A stretch of 64,000 nucleotides of DNA from Spirochaetia bacterium (GCA_965199955.1 CBDATQ010000001.1:2048001-2112000); one strand, 5' to 3'. Shown: positions 18,711-28,967, numbered from the stretch's first letter. The notes: generated by a model not told the origin, from the sequence alone. Translations and numbers: made by a program.

Positions 18711-20731
18711 CGGCACACCAGCATGCCGTGGCCGTCGCACAGGGTGACGCGCACCATGGCGTAGCCGTCGCGGTACTCGTGGTCCAGCCGCTCGCCGTGC
18801 GGGGCGAGCTCGACGCGCCGGGGTGGACGGTCGGTGCGGATGGAGATCGGCTGGTCCACCAGCGGCAGTGCGTCCTCGACGATGTCCAGGTCGCCGCGCC
18901 GTTCGCGGGCGAAGCTCAGCAGGTGCACGATGGTGGTGGCCGCACCCCTTCTGGCCACGGTGGTTTCCAGCACGCTCGGCGCGTCCGGCGCGCGCAGCAG
19001 CGGGCGCGGCAGCAGCAGTGCCAGGCAGTTGCCGATCAGGCTCCGGTGCTCGGGGACGGCGTGACGGCCGTAGGCGGCGAACAACGGCGCCGATGCGGTG
19101 AGCACCGCGCCGCCGGACTCCAGGCGGTTGAGGGCGATCGCGGAGTAGCACGAGAGCCGGCCGGGCGGAGTATAGGAGTGCCCGGAGAAGCGGTCGTGCG
19201 ACCGCTCGAAGTACGGCTCCACGACGCGCGCCAGCGACCGCGCGCCGCCGCCGGGCACCATGCGGAAGCCGGGCTCGTAGAAGGCATGGTCGAACTCGGC
19301 CAGCCCGTCCGACACCGCGCGCGCCGGCCTCAGGAAGGTGGTGCGGTACGGGCTCGGCCCGCGCGTCTCGATTCCCTGCTCGGGCAGCAGCGGTGACCCG
19401 TCCGGGTCGAGCGCCGCGGCGCCGCACAGCACCAGGGCGCCGCCGCCTGCCACGTAGTCGCTCAGCGCCGCGCGGAACGCCTCGTCCACCGGCGTGTTGG
19501 ACAGCACGATCACCACGGGGTAGCGCTGCAGCCGGCCCGTCGGCGGCACGACGTCGAACTGCAGCCGAAGCTGTTGCAGGACGCAGGTGGCGCCGAGCCC
19601 CGCCGGTCCCGGGCGGTCGCCCAGCTCCGGGTCGACCACCACGGCGACCTCGCTCTGGAGGCGGCCGCCCGCCGCGACTTCCTGGCACCGCTCGACGTAG
19701 CGGTACGCGTCGCCGATCAGGTCATAGACGGCGGGGGCGGGGACGCCGCGCGGGTGCAGCAGGTCGCCCACGCCCAAGGTCATCCCCTGGCTCAGAATCT
19801 GGCAGCACTCGTACTTCAGGGCCGCGCGCGGCTTCAGGCCGGCGTTGTCGCCCCAGCTCTTGAAGAAGCGGCCGGTGTGGCTCAGGGTCGGCAGGCCCAG
19901 GGGCCGTACGAAGCGGGCCACGTACGGGAAGTAGGCGTAGCCCCAGCCACCGGTCGGCAGCGCTTCGATCTCGATGTGGCGCAGGAACCGCTTCTCGACG
20001 TGCAGGTTGGTCTTGGGCCGCGAGTTGAACCAGATGCCCAGGTGGTCAGCGCCGCCGGCGGCGGCCTCGACCATGCCGGAGAAGCGCTTCATGTAGGCCA
20101 TCGCGACTTCGCGCGCGTAGCGGTCGCGGTCGGCTTCCGATCTCGGGTCCAGACGGCGCTTCGCCATGCCGGCGAGCGCCCATTTGGAGACGCTCGGCTG
20201 GTCCCAGCACATGTCCAGAAAGATGCCGTCCACCGGGGCGTAGCGGCCCAGCACCTCCTCCATCAGCTCGGCCAGGTAGTCCTGGTAGGGGCTGGACATG
20301 TCCAGGATCTGCCAGCCGGCGTTGAGCGCGTCGGGCGGCCGCGGCAGAGTGTCCGACGGCAGGCGCTTCACCCGCCGGCCTTCCGGATCCAAGGCCACCC
20401 ACTCCGGATGCTCGTCCGCCGCGTACTCGTTCACCTGTCCCGACAGGTAGATCGGCGCGCGGATGCCGCGCCGGTGCAGGGCGTCGATCTGCGCTCCGGT
20501 CAGGTCGAGGCCGTCCGGAAGGGAAGGGTGGCGGCACGGGTGCGAGGTGCGGAAGTAGGCGTGGCCGTGATGGCAGAGACCGAACACGGTCACGCTGTCG
20601 ACGCTGGCCTCCACGAAGCGATCGGCGAAGGCGTCCGCGTCGAAGTCGCGTGCCACGTCCGGGATGTGCGGACCGGTGTGAAAGTCCAGGTGGATCGTTC
20701 GGGACGGGAACTCCTGAAAGCGGGAAGGCAT
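18707..20731 (-). CDS. Putative glycoside hydrolase (GHL6/alpha-fucosidase-like barrel plus beta-galactosidase trimerisation-like domain)
   Basis: IHLDFHT, CHHGHAY, DGIFLD, ALPTGGWGY, GRFFKSWGD, GDLLHPRG. Confidence 0.75.
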   Translation of the reverse strand: MPSRFQEFPSRTIHLDFHTGPHIPDVARDFDADAFADRFVEASVDSVTVFGLCHHGHAYFRTSHPCRHPSLPDGLDLTGAQIDALHRRGIRAPIYLSGQVNEYAADEHPEWVALDPEGRRVKRLPSDTLPRPPDALNAGWQILDMSSPYQDYLAELMEEVLGRYAPVDGIFLDMCWDQPSVSKWALAGMAKRRLDPRSEADRDRYAREVAMAYMKRFSGMVEAAAGGADHLGIWFNSRPKTNLHVEKRFLRHIEIEALPTGGWGYAYFPYVARFVRPLGLPTLSHTGRFFKSWGDNAGLKPRAALKYECCQILSQGMTLGVGDLLHPRGVPAPAVYDLIGDAYRYVERCQEVAAGGRLQSEVAVVVDPELGDRPGPAGLGATCVLQQLRLQFDVVPPTGRLQRYPVVIVLSNTPVDEAFRAALSDYVAGGGALVLCGAAALDPDGSPLLPEQGIETRGPSPYRTTFLRPARAVSDGLAEFDHAFYEPGFRMVPGGGARSLARVVEPYFERSHDRFSGHSYTPPGRLSCYSAIALNRLESGGAVLTASAPLFAAYGRHAVPEHRSLIGNCLALLLPRPLLRAPDAPSVLETTVARRGAATTIVHLLSFARERRGDLDIVEDALPLVDQPISIRTDRPPRRVELAPHGERLDHEYRDGYAMVRVTLCDGHGMLVCR

Positions 20732-20742
20732 GAGCTATCTCC

Positions 20743-21936
20743 TTATGGAGTCGAGGTCAATCGCTTCTCCAGCGGCGTGCGGAAGCGGGGTGTGATCACC
20801 GTGCCGGCAAGCCACCTACGCAGGCGTTCGGCCTCTGCGGCGATCATTCCTTGTACACTTGGTAAGACCGATTCGAGCAGTTCGACGGCGATCGTGCCGT
20901 CCGCGCGCTGCGCCCAGCCGCCGACGATGCGGCCGTCGGCCCAGACGGTGGGACCGGCATTGCCGTTGCGATCGAACAGCAGCTCCTGATGGTTGCCCAG
21001 GTACCAGGAGCGCTCCTTCCAGCCCATGACCGTCGGGTCCAGGGCCGGCAACAGCGCCACCCAGCCGTCCGGCTGCGCTACGGGTTCCAGGTCCTCCGCA
21101 AGCACGTAGCCGGTGCCGGCCTCCAGCTCGACCTCGACCGCGCCGGCCGCCGCCAGCGCCTGGCGGGTCTGGCGCTGCGACCACCCGGTCCACCATGCGA
21201 GGTCCGTCAGGGTGCCCGGTCCGAATGCGGTCAGCCAGCGGCGTACCAGCTCCGTGCAGGCCGCCTCGGGCTCCAGGGCCGGCAGGCCTCCGTCGAGCCA
21301 GTCGGCGGTTGCCGCCCACCGGTACTGGCTGGAGATCCACGTGCCGCGCGGCCGCCCGCGGACGATGCGCGCCTCCGTCGCCAGCAGGAACAGCAGCCGC
21401 GTGGACAGACCCACCGTGCCGGCCCACGTGCGGCCCTCGCCGAAACTGAGCCGTGCCGTTAGCTCGGGGACGTCGGCGGTGAGCTCCTTGGCGGTGGCCT
21501 GGCCCCGCTCGCCTAGTGCCGAGAGCGTCCGCTGCATCACCCTCGGCAACCACCGATCGGGGTGCGGGTCGATCCCCTGATCGCCGATCAGCTTGAGCAG
21601 CCGGCGCCGTTCCGCGGGCGCCAGTGCGCGCGCGCAGGCGGCGTCGATCACCGCGGCCAGGTCGCACGGCACGACGAACATGGTGCGGCGCATCCCCAGC
21701 AGACGCACCAGCGAGCGGCGGTCGTAGAGCGCCTCCTCCAGATCGGCGACCTGGAACCCTTCCACGCGGCTCCATGCGCTCAGATACACGCTGACCGGGT
21801 CGCTGGAATGAAGTCCGACCAGATCGGCAGCCGCCGTCGGGACATCCGGCGCCGGAGCGGCCAAGCTGTGGCGTGAGGCCAAGCGGGCGCGCCGCTCGGC
21901 CACGTCGATTCGTCGCCGCGCGCCGGGTAGAGCCAT
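20743..21936 (-). CDS. AlkZ/YcaQ-like (HTH_42) winged-helix DNA glycosylase family protein
   Basis: GLHSSDP, GMRRTMFVV, FGPGTLTDLAWWTG, LLPALDP, DGRIVGGW. Confidence 0.85.
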   Translation of the reverse strand: MALPGARRRIDVAERRARLASRHSLAAPAPDVPTAAADLVGLHSSDPVSVYLSAWSRVEGFQVADLEEALYDRRSLVRLLGMRRTMFVVPCDLAAVIDAACARALAPAERRRLLKLIGDQGIDPHPDRWLPRVMQRTLSALGERGQATAKELTADVPELTARLSFGEGRTWAGTVGLSTRLLFLLATEARIVRGRPRGTWISSQYRWAATADWLDGGLPALEPEAACTELVRRWLTAFGPGTLTDLAWWTGWSQRQTRQALAAAGAVEVELEAGTGYVLAEDLEPVAQPDGWVALLPALDPTVMGWKERSWYLGNHQELLFDRNGNAGPTVWADGRIVGGWAQRADGTIAVELLESVLPSVQGMIAAEAERLRRWLAGTVITPRFRTPLEKRLTSTP

Positions 21937-21959
21937 CGCGGCGCATGGTAGCCTGGAGG

Positions 21960-22444
21960 ACGCCGTGGCTTCGCTCGAAGTGAGTAATCCTGGTGCTCGG
22001 CCGGCCCGCCGCCATCCGGAACTCCTCGGTGTGCAGGTGAATGAGCCGGTAGCCGGCGGCCACGAACCGGCGTACCACGCACGCGGAGAGCGCCAAGCCC
22101 AGCCCCTGGTTGGCGTGATTCGAGTTGGCGGCGAGCCAGCCGAGTTCGCCCCAGCACGGATAGGTACCCTTGTAGTTGTGCAGCGCCATCGCCGACGCCA
22201 CGACTGCCCCGTTGGCCGCGTGTACCGCCAGGTATCAGCCGCGGGGAAGAATCCAGTTCAGGGAGTAGGACAGCCGTTCGGCGTCGCAACCCGGCCAACC
22301 GGCCAGCTCCATTAGCTCGTAGAACCGCGGCTCGTCTCCGCGGCGGTAGGTGCGAATGGTGTAGCCCGTCGGTGGCGCGGACACCGGCACGGAGCCGAGC
22401 CGCGACGCCGGCCACACCATCCGCAGTTGCGGCGTATCGCCCAT
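21960..22444 (-). pseudogene. GNAT acetyltransferase with in-frame TGA (22235-22237) and eroded C-terminus
   Basis: QLRMVWP..YTIRTY..ILPRG*YLAVH..GELGWLAA..HANQGLG..HTEEFR; 3' boundary approximate. Confidence 0.7.
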
Positions 22445-22461
22445 CGGCAGGAACGGAACGA

Positions 22462-22938
22462 TCAGACCCGGAGTTGGCCGAGCATCCAGGCCAGGAACGC
22501 CTCGATCTGGTCGCGGAAGGCGGCCAGCGTGGCGGGCATCTGTTCTTCGAGTGACTGCATACGGGCCGGGTCCAGGACCGAGCCGTAGACGTTGCGGAAC
22601 ACGTGCCGGAACCTCAAGTGCTCGCCAAGCTTCCCGGCGAGATCGGTATCGATCACTGCAGGGCGGACCTCCGGGATGGCGAGGGCCATGTTCCGGATCA
22701 ATTCCTGGTGCCACTGCGGCGACCGTGGAACACCGCCGTTCAACTCGCTTCCTATGCGCATGAAGATACGTTCGACTCCGGTGTAGAAGTCATGCAGGAT
22801 CGATCCGTGAGCGCGGAGCGAGTAGGTGTCCGCCGGGTTCGGCGCCGCGGCAAGTTCGTATTCGAGTTGTCCCAAGTTCGCCAGTTCGGATTCGATCTCC
22901 ACGGCGAGCCGCCGTAGCAGCGTCTCTTCGCGAGTCAC
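22462..22938 (-). CDS. HEPN (HepT-like) toxin
   Basis: LHDFYTGVERIF, WHQELIRNM, LRFRHVFRNVYG; GTGA overlap with MNT. Confidence 0.85.
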   Translation of the reverse strand: MTREETLLRRLAVEIESELANLGQLEYELAAAPNPADTYSLRAHGSILHDFYTGVERIFMRIGSELNGGVPRSPQWHQELIRNMALAIPEVRPAVIDTDLAGKLGEHLRFRHVFRNVYGSVLDPARMQSLEEQMPATLAAFRDQIEAFLAWMLGQLRV

Positions 22939-23270
22939 AGTCTCGTCCCGTGCTCGCTTGCCACGCGCAGCAGCGCCGGGGTGGCCGTTTCTGCGGGGGT
23001 CAAGTCCAGATGGAACTGAGTCATTGCGGCTGCTTGCGCGGATACCGAGAAGAAGCGTCGCGCGGGCAACCCGTCCACGACCAGGTCGATGTCCGATCGG
23101 TGGCTGAACGGCCGCTCGGGATCGAAGGCGGACCCGATGCCGACTACGCTGCGGGCGCCGTTCTGCTCCAGGAAGCGCGCGATACGGCGCGCGTCGGACA
23201 CGGCGCGATCCCGGTCCCCCGACGCGAAGTGGGTAGCCCGGATGTGAGCGAGCAGGCCCTCCCGGTCCAT
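22935..23270 (-). CDS. Minimal nucleotidyltransferase (MNT) antitoxin
   Basis: GIGS..SDIDLVV, LDL; 111 aa. Confidence 0.85.
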   Translation of the reverse strand: MDREGLLAHIRATHFASGDRDRAVSDARRIARFLEQNGARSVVGIGSAFDPERPFSHRSDIDLVVDGLPARRFFSVSAQAAAMTQFHLDLTPAETATPALLRVASEHGTRL

Positions 23271-23516
23271 GTCCCGGCAATTTACCGCGAGGATGAGCGG
23301 GAGGCGAGCCTCAGGGCCGCCGGAAGCGGTCGGGGGTGCCGTGACGGATAAGGAGGCAATCGCGCGTGACAGGAGGCACGGCTCCGGCCCCGCGCGCATG
23401 ATCGGCGCCGCGCATGTGGGGCTGGACGCGACCGGCGCCCGCCGCGGCGACCGGCTGAACCTCGAACGCCGCCGCTGTCGGCAGCGCAGTAAGAGTCGGG
23501 GATCCACTCGTTCTCG

Positions 23517-23861
23517 GTGGTCGCCGGCGAGGAGGCCGAGTACGGGGTGGACCCGTACCTGGTGGAACGAGCCTATCCGCGCAGGATCCAGGGCGATCTG
23601 CTGAGTTTCGCCTACAACGCGCGCGCCCGCGATCGCGCGGGCAACGAGCTGCGCTGGCTGGCGCTGAAGCCCACGGAGGACGGGCCGTCGCTGCTCGCCG
23701 ACCGACGCTTTATCCTGGTGTTGTGGCGCGGCCGCCGGTCGGCGGCGCCCACGGAGGTGTTCATGCCCAGGCACATGGCTGCGGACCGGCTGGTCGTGGT
23801 GAGCGAGGACCGGGTGACGGTCGGTTTCGGCGCCGAAGCCCGGACCGGCGGAGTTGACCCC
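23517..23861 (+). pseudogene. Remnant resembling the C-terminal beta-sandwich of a GH5 endoglycoceramidase-type hydrolase
   Basis: LVERAYPRRIQGDLLSFAY..APTEVFMPRH; in frame with the glpK remnant. Confidence 0.35.
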
Positions 23862-24539
23862 ATGTACGTGATGGCACTGGACCAGGGCACGACCAGCTCG
23901 CGGGCGATCGTCTTCGACCGTGGTGGTGGCATCCGCTCGGCGGCGCAGCGCGAGACGACGCAGCACTTTCCGCAGCCCGGATGGGTCGAGCAGGATGCGG
24001 GCGAGATCTGGGAGACCCAGGCCGCGTTCGCGGTGGAGGCGTTGCGCTCCGCCGGAATCGACGGCGGCCAGCAGTCGCTGATGGGCCAGCTCTGCACCGA
24101 CCGCGGCTCGGTCAAGACCACCTATGGCACCGGCCGCTTCGCCCTGCTGCACACCGGCACGGCGCCGCAGCCCTCGGAACGGGGTCTGTTGACCACGATC
24201 GCGTGCTCGACCGATCGACAGTCGCGCTACGCCCTGGAGGGCAGCGTGTTCACCGGCGGCGCGGCTCGCAACGACCTGCTGATGCAGTTCCAGGCCGACG
24301 TGACCGGGTTGCCCGTGATGCGGTCGGAAGTCACGGAGTCGATGGCGCTCGGAGCCGCGTACCTGGCCGGCCTGGCGGTCGGGTACTGGCAGGGGATCGA
24401 TGAGCTGGCCGGGAACTGGCGAGCGGAGCGGCGCTTCGAGCCGTCGCTGCCGCAGGACCGTGTCGCCGGGTTGCGCACGTCGTGGTCGCGGGCCGTCGAG
24501 CGAGCCGGCAACTGGGCGGCCGAAGAGCAGGGGGATTGA
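23862..24539 (+). pseudogene. glpK: Glycerol kinase with two large in-frame internal deletions (225 aa)
   Basis: ALDQGTTSSRA, PGWVEQD | QQSLMGQ, KTTYGTG, YALEGSVF | GGAARNDLLMQFQAD, ALGAAYLAGLAVGYW; intervening blocks absent. Confidence 0.85.
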
Positions 24540-24541
24540 GC

Positions 24542-25651
24542 ATGGACGAACGGTTGACCATCGGAGTGATCGGAGCGGCCGGGCGCGGCGGCCGCCTGCT
24601 GCGCGTGCAGGAGGGGCTGGACGTCGACGTGCGGGCGGTGTGCGACACCCGCGCGGAGCCGCTTGCGGACGTGCAGCGGGAGTTGGGCGCCGAGCGGTCG
24701 TTTACCGACTACCGCGACATGCTGGATGAGGTACGGCTCGATGCCGTGATCGTGGGCACCCCCATGCCCTTTCACGCCGAGCACTCGATCGCGGCTCTGG
24801 AGCGCGGGGTGAGCGTCGTCTCCGAGGTGCCGGCGGCCGTGTCGATCGACGAATGCCGGCGGCTGGCGGCGGCGTGCCGGGCCAGCTCCGGCACCTACAT
24901 GATGGCCGAGAACTACATCTGCATGCGGCAGAACCAGATCGTCAAGGAGATCGTCGCCGCCGGCCTGTTCGGCACCGTCTACTTCGGCGACGGCGAGTAC
25001 CTGCACGAGCTGCGCGGCGCGCCGCAGTCCAACCCCACGCCGTGGCGGCGGCGCTGGCAGCAGGGAATCAACGGCATCACCTACGGCACCCACAGCCTGG
25101 GCCCGCTGCTGAGCTGGATGCCCGGCGACCGCGTGGCGCAGGTCTCCTGCGCCGGCACCGGCCAGCACTACCTCGACCACGACGGCCGGCAGTACGAGGC
25201 CGAGGACTCCTCGGTGATGCTGGGCAAGATGCGCTCGGGCGGCCTGGTCAAGGTACGGGTGGACATGCTGTCGGACCGCCCGCACGCGATGCACAACTAC
25301 CAGTTGCAGGGCACCGACGGCTGCTACGAGTCCGCGCGGGCGGAAGGCGAGCGGGACCGCATCTGGGTACGGGCACGCTCGGAGGGGACCGAGTGGCGGG
25401 ACCTGGAGGACCTGGCCGAGGAATTCCTGCCTGCGAGCTGGCGGGTGTGGGGCGAGGCCGCTCGCGGCTCCGGGCACGGCGGTGGCGACCTGATCCAGAT
25501 GCTGGACTTCGTGAACGCCGTGCGCGACGGCACCGAGCCGGAGCTCGGCATCGACGCGGCCATGGACATGACGCTTCCCGGACTGGTCAGCCAGCAGTCG
25601 ATCGAGCGAGGAGGCGCGTGGCTGGACGTGCCCGATTCACGCGACTGGTAG
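24542..25651 (+). CDS. Gfo/Idh/MocA oxidoreductase
   Basis: IGVIGAAGRG, VSEVPAA, MMAENY, GEYLH, GHGGGD. Confidence 0.88.
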   Translation: MDERLTIGVIGAAGRGGRLLRVQEGLDVDVRAVCDTRAEPLADVQRELGAERSFTDYRDMLDEVRLDAVIVGTPMPFHAEHSIAALERGVSVVSEVPAAVSIDECRRLAAACRASSGTYMMAENYICMRQNQIVKEIVAAGLFGTVYFGDGEYLHELRGAPQSNPTPWRRRWQQGINGITYGTHSLGPLLSWMPGDRVAQVSCAGTGQHYLDHDGRQYEAEDSSVMLGKMRSGGLVKVRVDMLSDRPHAMHNYQLQGTDGCYESARAEGERDRIWVRARSEGTEWRDLEDLAEEFLPASWRVWGEAARGSGHGGGDLIQMLDFVNAVRDGTEPELGIDAAMDMTLPGLVSQQSIERGGAWLDVPDSRDW

Positions 25652-25661
25652 GAGCACGGAA

Positions 25662-26621
25662 ATGGCGATGGCTCACAACGTATTGGTAATGGCCGAAGTA
25701 GAGCCCTACCGCACGATCGTGCCGATGATCGCACAACGGTGCCGGGTCGTCCGCTGGCGCTCCGACGACGACGCCTGGCGGGCCGAGCTTCCGGAGATCG
25801 ACGGGATCTACACGTACGCGCACGTCACGGTCTCGGCCGGGCTGATGGACGACACCCCCCGGCTCAAGGTGATCAGCAACTTCGGCGTCGGCTGCGATCA
25901 CATCGACCTGGCGGCGGCGGAGAAGCGGGGCATCCCGGTGGGCAACACGCCCCACGTCCTCGACGGGGCCACCGCCGACATCACCTTCGCGCTGCTGTTG
26001 GCCGGGGCGCGCAACATCGTCAGGGGCGACCACTTCGCCCGCGGGCCGAATTTCCTGGAATACGACCCGAGCTTCATGCTCGGCCAGGAGGTGCACCACC
26101 AGACGCTGGGGATCATCGGGCTGGGCAACATCGGCTACCAGGTCGCGCGGCGGGCGCTGGGCTTCGACATGACGGTGCTCTACCACAACCGCACCCGCAA
26201 CCGGAAGGCCGAGGCGGATCTCGGCGCGCGCTATGTCACGCTGGACGAGTTGCTCGCGCAGTCGGGCTTCGTGGCTCTGAACATGCCGCTGGCAGACCAG
26301 ACGCGAGGGATGATCGGCGCGCGGGAGCTGGGGCTGATGAAAGACTCGGCGGTGCTGGTCAACGCCGCGCGCGGCGCGGTGATCGACCACGACGCGCTGC
26401 TCGACACGATGCGGGCCGGCAAGCTCCACTGCGCGGCCGTCGACGTGACCGAGCCCGAGCCGCTGCCACGCGACCATCGACTCCTGGAGCTCGACAACGT
26501 CATCGTCATCCCCCACCTCGGCAGCGCCACCGAGCAGACGCGCCAGGCGATGTCCGACCTCTCGGTGAGGAACCTGTTGGCCGGGCTGGAAGGCAGGGAG
26601 TTGCCGAACCGCATCGTCTGA
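25662..26621 (+). CDS. D-2-hydroxyacid dehydrogenase (glyoxylate reductase/D-glycerate dehydrogenase-like)
   Basis: GVGCDHID, GLGNIG, NAARG, DVTEPEP, PHLGSAT. Confidence 0.9.
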   Translation: MAMAHNVLVMAEVEPYRTIVPMIAQRCRVVRWRSDDDAWRAELPEIDGIYTYAHVTVSAGLMDDTPRLKVISNFGVGCDHIDLAAAEKRGIPVGNTPHVLDGATADITFALLLAGARNIVRGDHFARGPNFLEYDPSFMLGQEVHHQTLGIIGLGNIGYQVARRALGFDMTVLYHNRTRNRKAEADLGARYVTLDELLAQSGFVALNMPLADQTRGMIGARELGLMKDSAVLVNAARGAVIDHDALLDTMRAGKLHCAAVDVTEPEPLPRDHRLLELDNVIVIPHLGSATEQTRQAMSDLSVRNLLAGLEGRELPNRIV

Positions 26622-26726
26622 GGAGCTCACGAGCAGTACGCCAATTCGATACGGGCGTGGAGCCCGGGGCCCGCGCGAGCTTCTCGTCACCGTCGACCTG
26701 CATAAATGTGAGGATATGATATGCTC

Positions 26727-26963
26727 ATGTGCATGAGGACGACTCTGGACCTGGATCCGCACGTGTACCGGGCAGCGAAGGTGAAGGCAGCGCAGGACGA
26801 CGTGACACTGACGCGGGTTGTCGAAGCGGCCCTGCGTGCCTACCTGGCTCCGGAGCCGCGCAAGCCGTTCAAGCTGAAGGTGATCACGGCGCGGGGACGA
26901 CTGCTGCCCGGCGTCGACGTCGACGATCGCGACTCCCTGTACGGTGCCATGGAACGGCGATGA
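26727..26963 (+). CDS. VapB-like RHH antitoxin
   Basis: MCMRTTLDLDPHVYRAAK..TLTRVVEAALR..PGVDVDDRDSLY; TATGAT 6 nt upstream. Confidence 0.85.
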   Translation: MCMRTTLDLDPHVYRAAKVKAAQDDVTLTRVVEAALRAYLAPEPRKPFKLKVITARGRLLPGVDVDDRDSLYGAMERR

Positions 26964-27427
26964 CCGCTATCGACACGAACGTGCTGGTCCACTACCACCG
27001 GGAAGAGATGCCGAAACACGATCAGGCCGTGTCCTTGGTAAGCAGCCTCGCCGAAGGAGACACGCCATGGGGAGTGCCGGTGTTCTGTCTCGGAGAGTTC
27101 CTGCGCATCGTGACCCATCCGAGGGTGTTCGATCCGGCCACGGGTGTCGATGACGCTGTCTTGACGCTTGCCGAGGTGCTGAAGAGCCCGTCGACGAGCG
27201 TCCTGAACCCGGGCGCACGGTATTGGTCGCTCCTGCAGCAGGTACTGACCGACTCTCAGGCGACCGGCAATGTCGTCTTCGACGCACAACTCGTTGCCGT
27301 GTGCATCGAGCACGGGGTCGACACGCTGATCTCCGAGGATCGTGACTTCGCCCGCTTCACGGACATCACCGCTGTCCCGATGGGGATGCCGCGCGATCGG
27401 CGTGGCACGGCCGCCGACACCACATGA
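26960..27427 (+). CDS. vapC: PIN-domain toxin (VapC family)
   Basis: IDTNVLV, EFLRIVTHPRVF, GNVVFDAQLVA, SEDRDFARF. Confidence 0.9.
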   Translation: MTAIDTNVLVHYHREEMPKHDQAVSLVSSLAEGDTPWGVPVFCLGEFLRIVTHPRVFDPATGVDDAVLTLAEVLKSPSTSVLNPGARYWSLLQQVLTDSQATGNVVFDAQLVAVCIEHGVDTLISEDRDFARFTDITAVPMGMPRDRRGTAADTT

Positions 27428-27464
27428 GCCGGCATGCCCGTTCCTCAGGGAGAGGGCATACCAT

Positions 27465-28514
27465 CTAATCGAGTACGACCTCCCGGCCGGTGGCGGCCGA
27501 CCGGTAGATCGCGTCGAGCACGCGCTGCACGCTGAGCACCTGGTCGAGCGTGACGCAGGGCTCCTCGCGGCCCAGGATGATGTTGACGAAGTGGTGCATG
27601 CGGCTGGCGTGCGGGTAGGTGAGCTCGCCCGCGTCGGGTGACTGGATGACGTGGTAACCGTCGGCCGCCTGCCTGCAGAGCCGCCGTCCATACGTGTCGA
27701 TCGCCCCTTCGGTGCCGTACAGCTCCACGTTCATGTCGTTGCTCCGGTCCAGGTGCATGGCCCAGGCCACTTCCAGCAGCACGGTGGCACCGCCGTCGAG
27801 CTTGATGACCGCGGTGGCGAAGTCGTCCACGTCGAACTGTCCGCTCGCGCGTTCCGACATCCCCCAGTCGCCCTCGCCGAGCCCTCGGTTGCCGAACTCG
27901 GTATAGGTCGCCCCCGACACCGAGCGCGGCCGGAAGTTGTCGAGCAGGAAGAGGGCGTTGTCCAGCATGTGCACGCCGATGTCGAGCAGTCCGCCGCCGC
28001 CCGAAATCTCCTTGCGGGTGAACCAGCTCCCGATTCGCGGTATCCCCGATCGGCGCCGCCAGAACGCCTTGCAGTGGTAGGCGCGGCCGATCCGGCCCGC
28101 CTTCATGAGCTGCCTGGCGCGCTGCACCTCCGGCGCGAAGCGCTGGTTCATGCCCAGCATGAAGTGGGTATCCGCCTCACGCGCGGCGGCGGCCGTCTGC
28201 TCGGCGTCCTCCCGGCTCAGCGCCAGGGGTTTCTCCTGCAGCACGTGCTTGCCGGCCTGCAGCGACAAGGCCGACAGCGGCGCGTGCAGGTTGTTGGGCA
28301 CGGCGATGTAGACCGCGTCGATCTCTTCGATGGCGAGCAGCCGCTCCGGCTCCTCGACCACCTGCGTCACGGTGTCGTAGCGCAGTGTGAACTCCGCGGC
28401 CCGTTCCGCGTTGGGCTCGGCCACGGCGACGATCTCGGCTTCGGGATGATCGGCGAACTCGCTGCAGCTTCCCTGGGCGATGCTTCCCGCCCCGATGACT
28501 CCTATGCGAACCAT
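27465..28514 (-). CDS. Gfo/Idh/MocA oxidoreductase
   Basis: IGVIGAGSIA, GKHVLQEKP, GGGGLLDIGVHMLD. Confidence 0.9.
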   Translation of the reverse strand: MVRIGVIGAGSIAQGSCSEFADHPEAEIVAVAEPNAERAAEFTLRYDTVTQVVEEPERLLAIEEIDAVYIAVPNNLHAPLSALSLQAGKHVLQEKPLALSREDAEQTAAAAREADTHFMLGMNQRFAPEVQRARQLMKAGRIGRAYHCKAFWRRRSGIPRIGSWFTRKEISGGGGLLDIGVHMLDNALFLLDNFRPRSVSGATYTEFGNRGLGEGDWGMSERASGQFDVDDFATAVIKLDGGATVLLEVAWAMHLDRSNDMNVELYGTEGAIDTYGRRLCRQAADGYHVIQSPDAGELTYPHASRMHHFVNIILGREEPCVTLDQVLSVQRVLDAIYRSAATGREVVLD

Positions 28515-28547
28515 GCGGGGCAGGGTAACGGCGACGCCCGAGCCCCG

Positions 28548-28967
28548 CTACCCGCGGGCGGTGGCGATCTGCCGCATCGCCTCGCGGAGCCTGGTGCGCT
28601 GCACGCCACGGTCATCGAAGTTGGCCGGGTCCAGCCACTCCTCGAACGCTTGGCTCGCGGCCTCCCACTCGCTGTCGATCATCGAGTACCAGGCGGTGTC
28701 GCGGTTGCGCGAGGCGATGCTCCTCAGCCACGTCACGAAGTCGCCCGAGCAGGAGAACGGACCGGCCGGAGAGTACGTCCAGTTCCGACCTTCGGGATCC
28801 ATGCTCACGCCCCGATAGATGCTTGCGGCGTGTTTCGACGGATCGAGCGGATCGAGCCTTGCCCAGTGACCCTGGACTGTTTCGTGCGGTGGCAGAGGGG
28901 GAGGCTGCCAGTCCGGTAGCGGGAAACCCACCACCTGGCCGAGCTCATTGTGTCGTTCGCGACTCAT
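28548..28967 (-). pseudogene. RimJ/RimL-type GNAT acetyltransferase with central in-frame deletion
   Basis: NELGQVVG..WTYSPAGPF..WLRSIAS joined directly to RNRDTAWYSMIDSEW..WLDPANFD; acetyl-CoA-binding core missing. Confidence 0.8.

Noticed and set aside
22235..22237. In-frame TGA in a GNAT gene as selenocysteine or genetic-code reassignment
   Set aside because: Context (RG*YLAV) fits Trp (TGG to TGA), not Cys; no clear SECIS hairpin follows; most genes in the window terminate at TGA; the gene's 3' end is also eroded.
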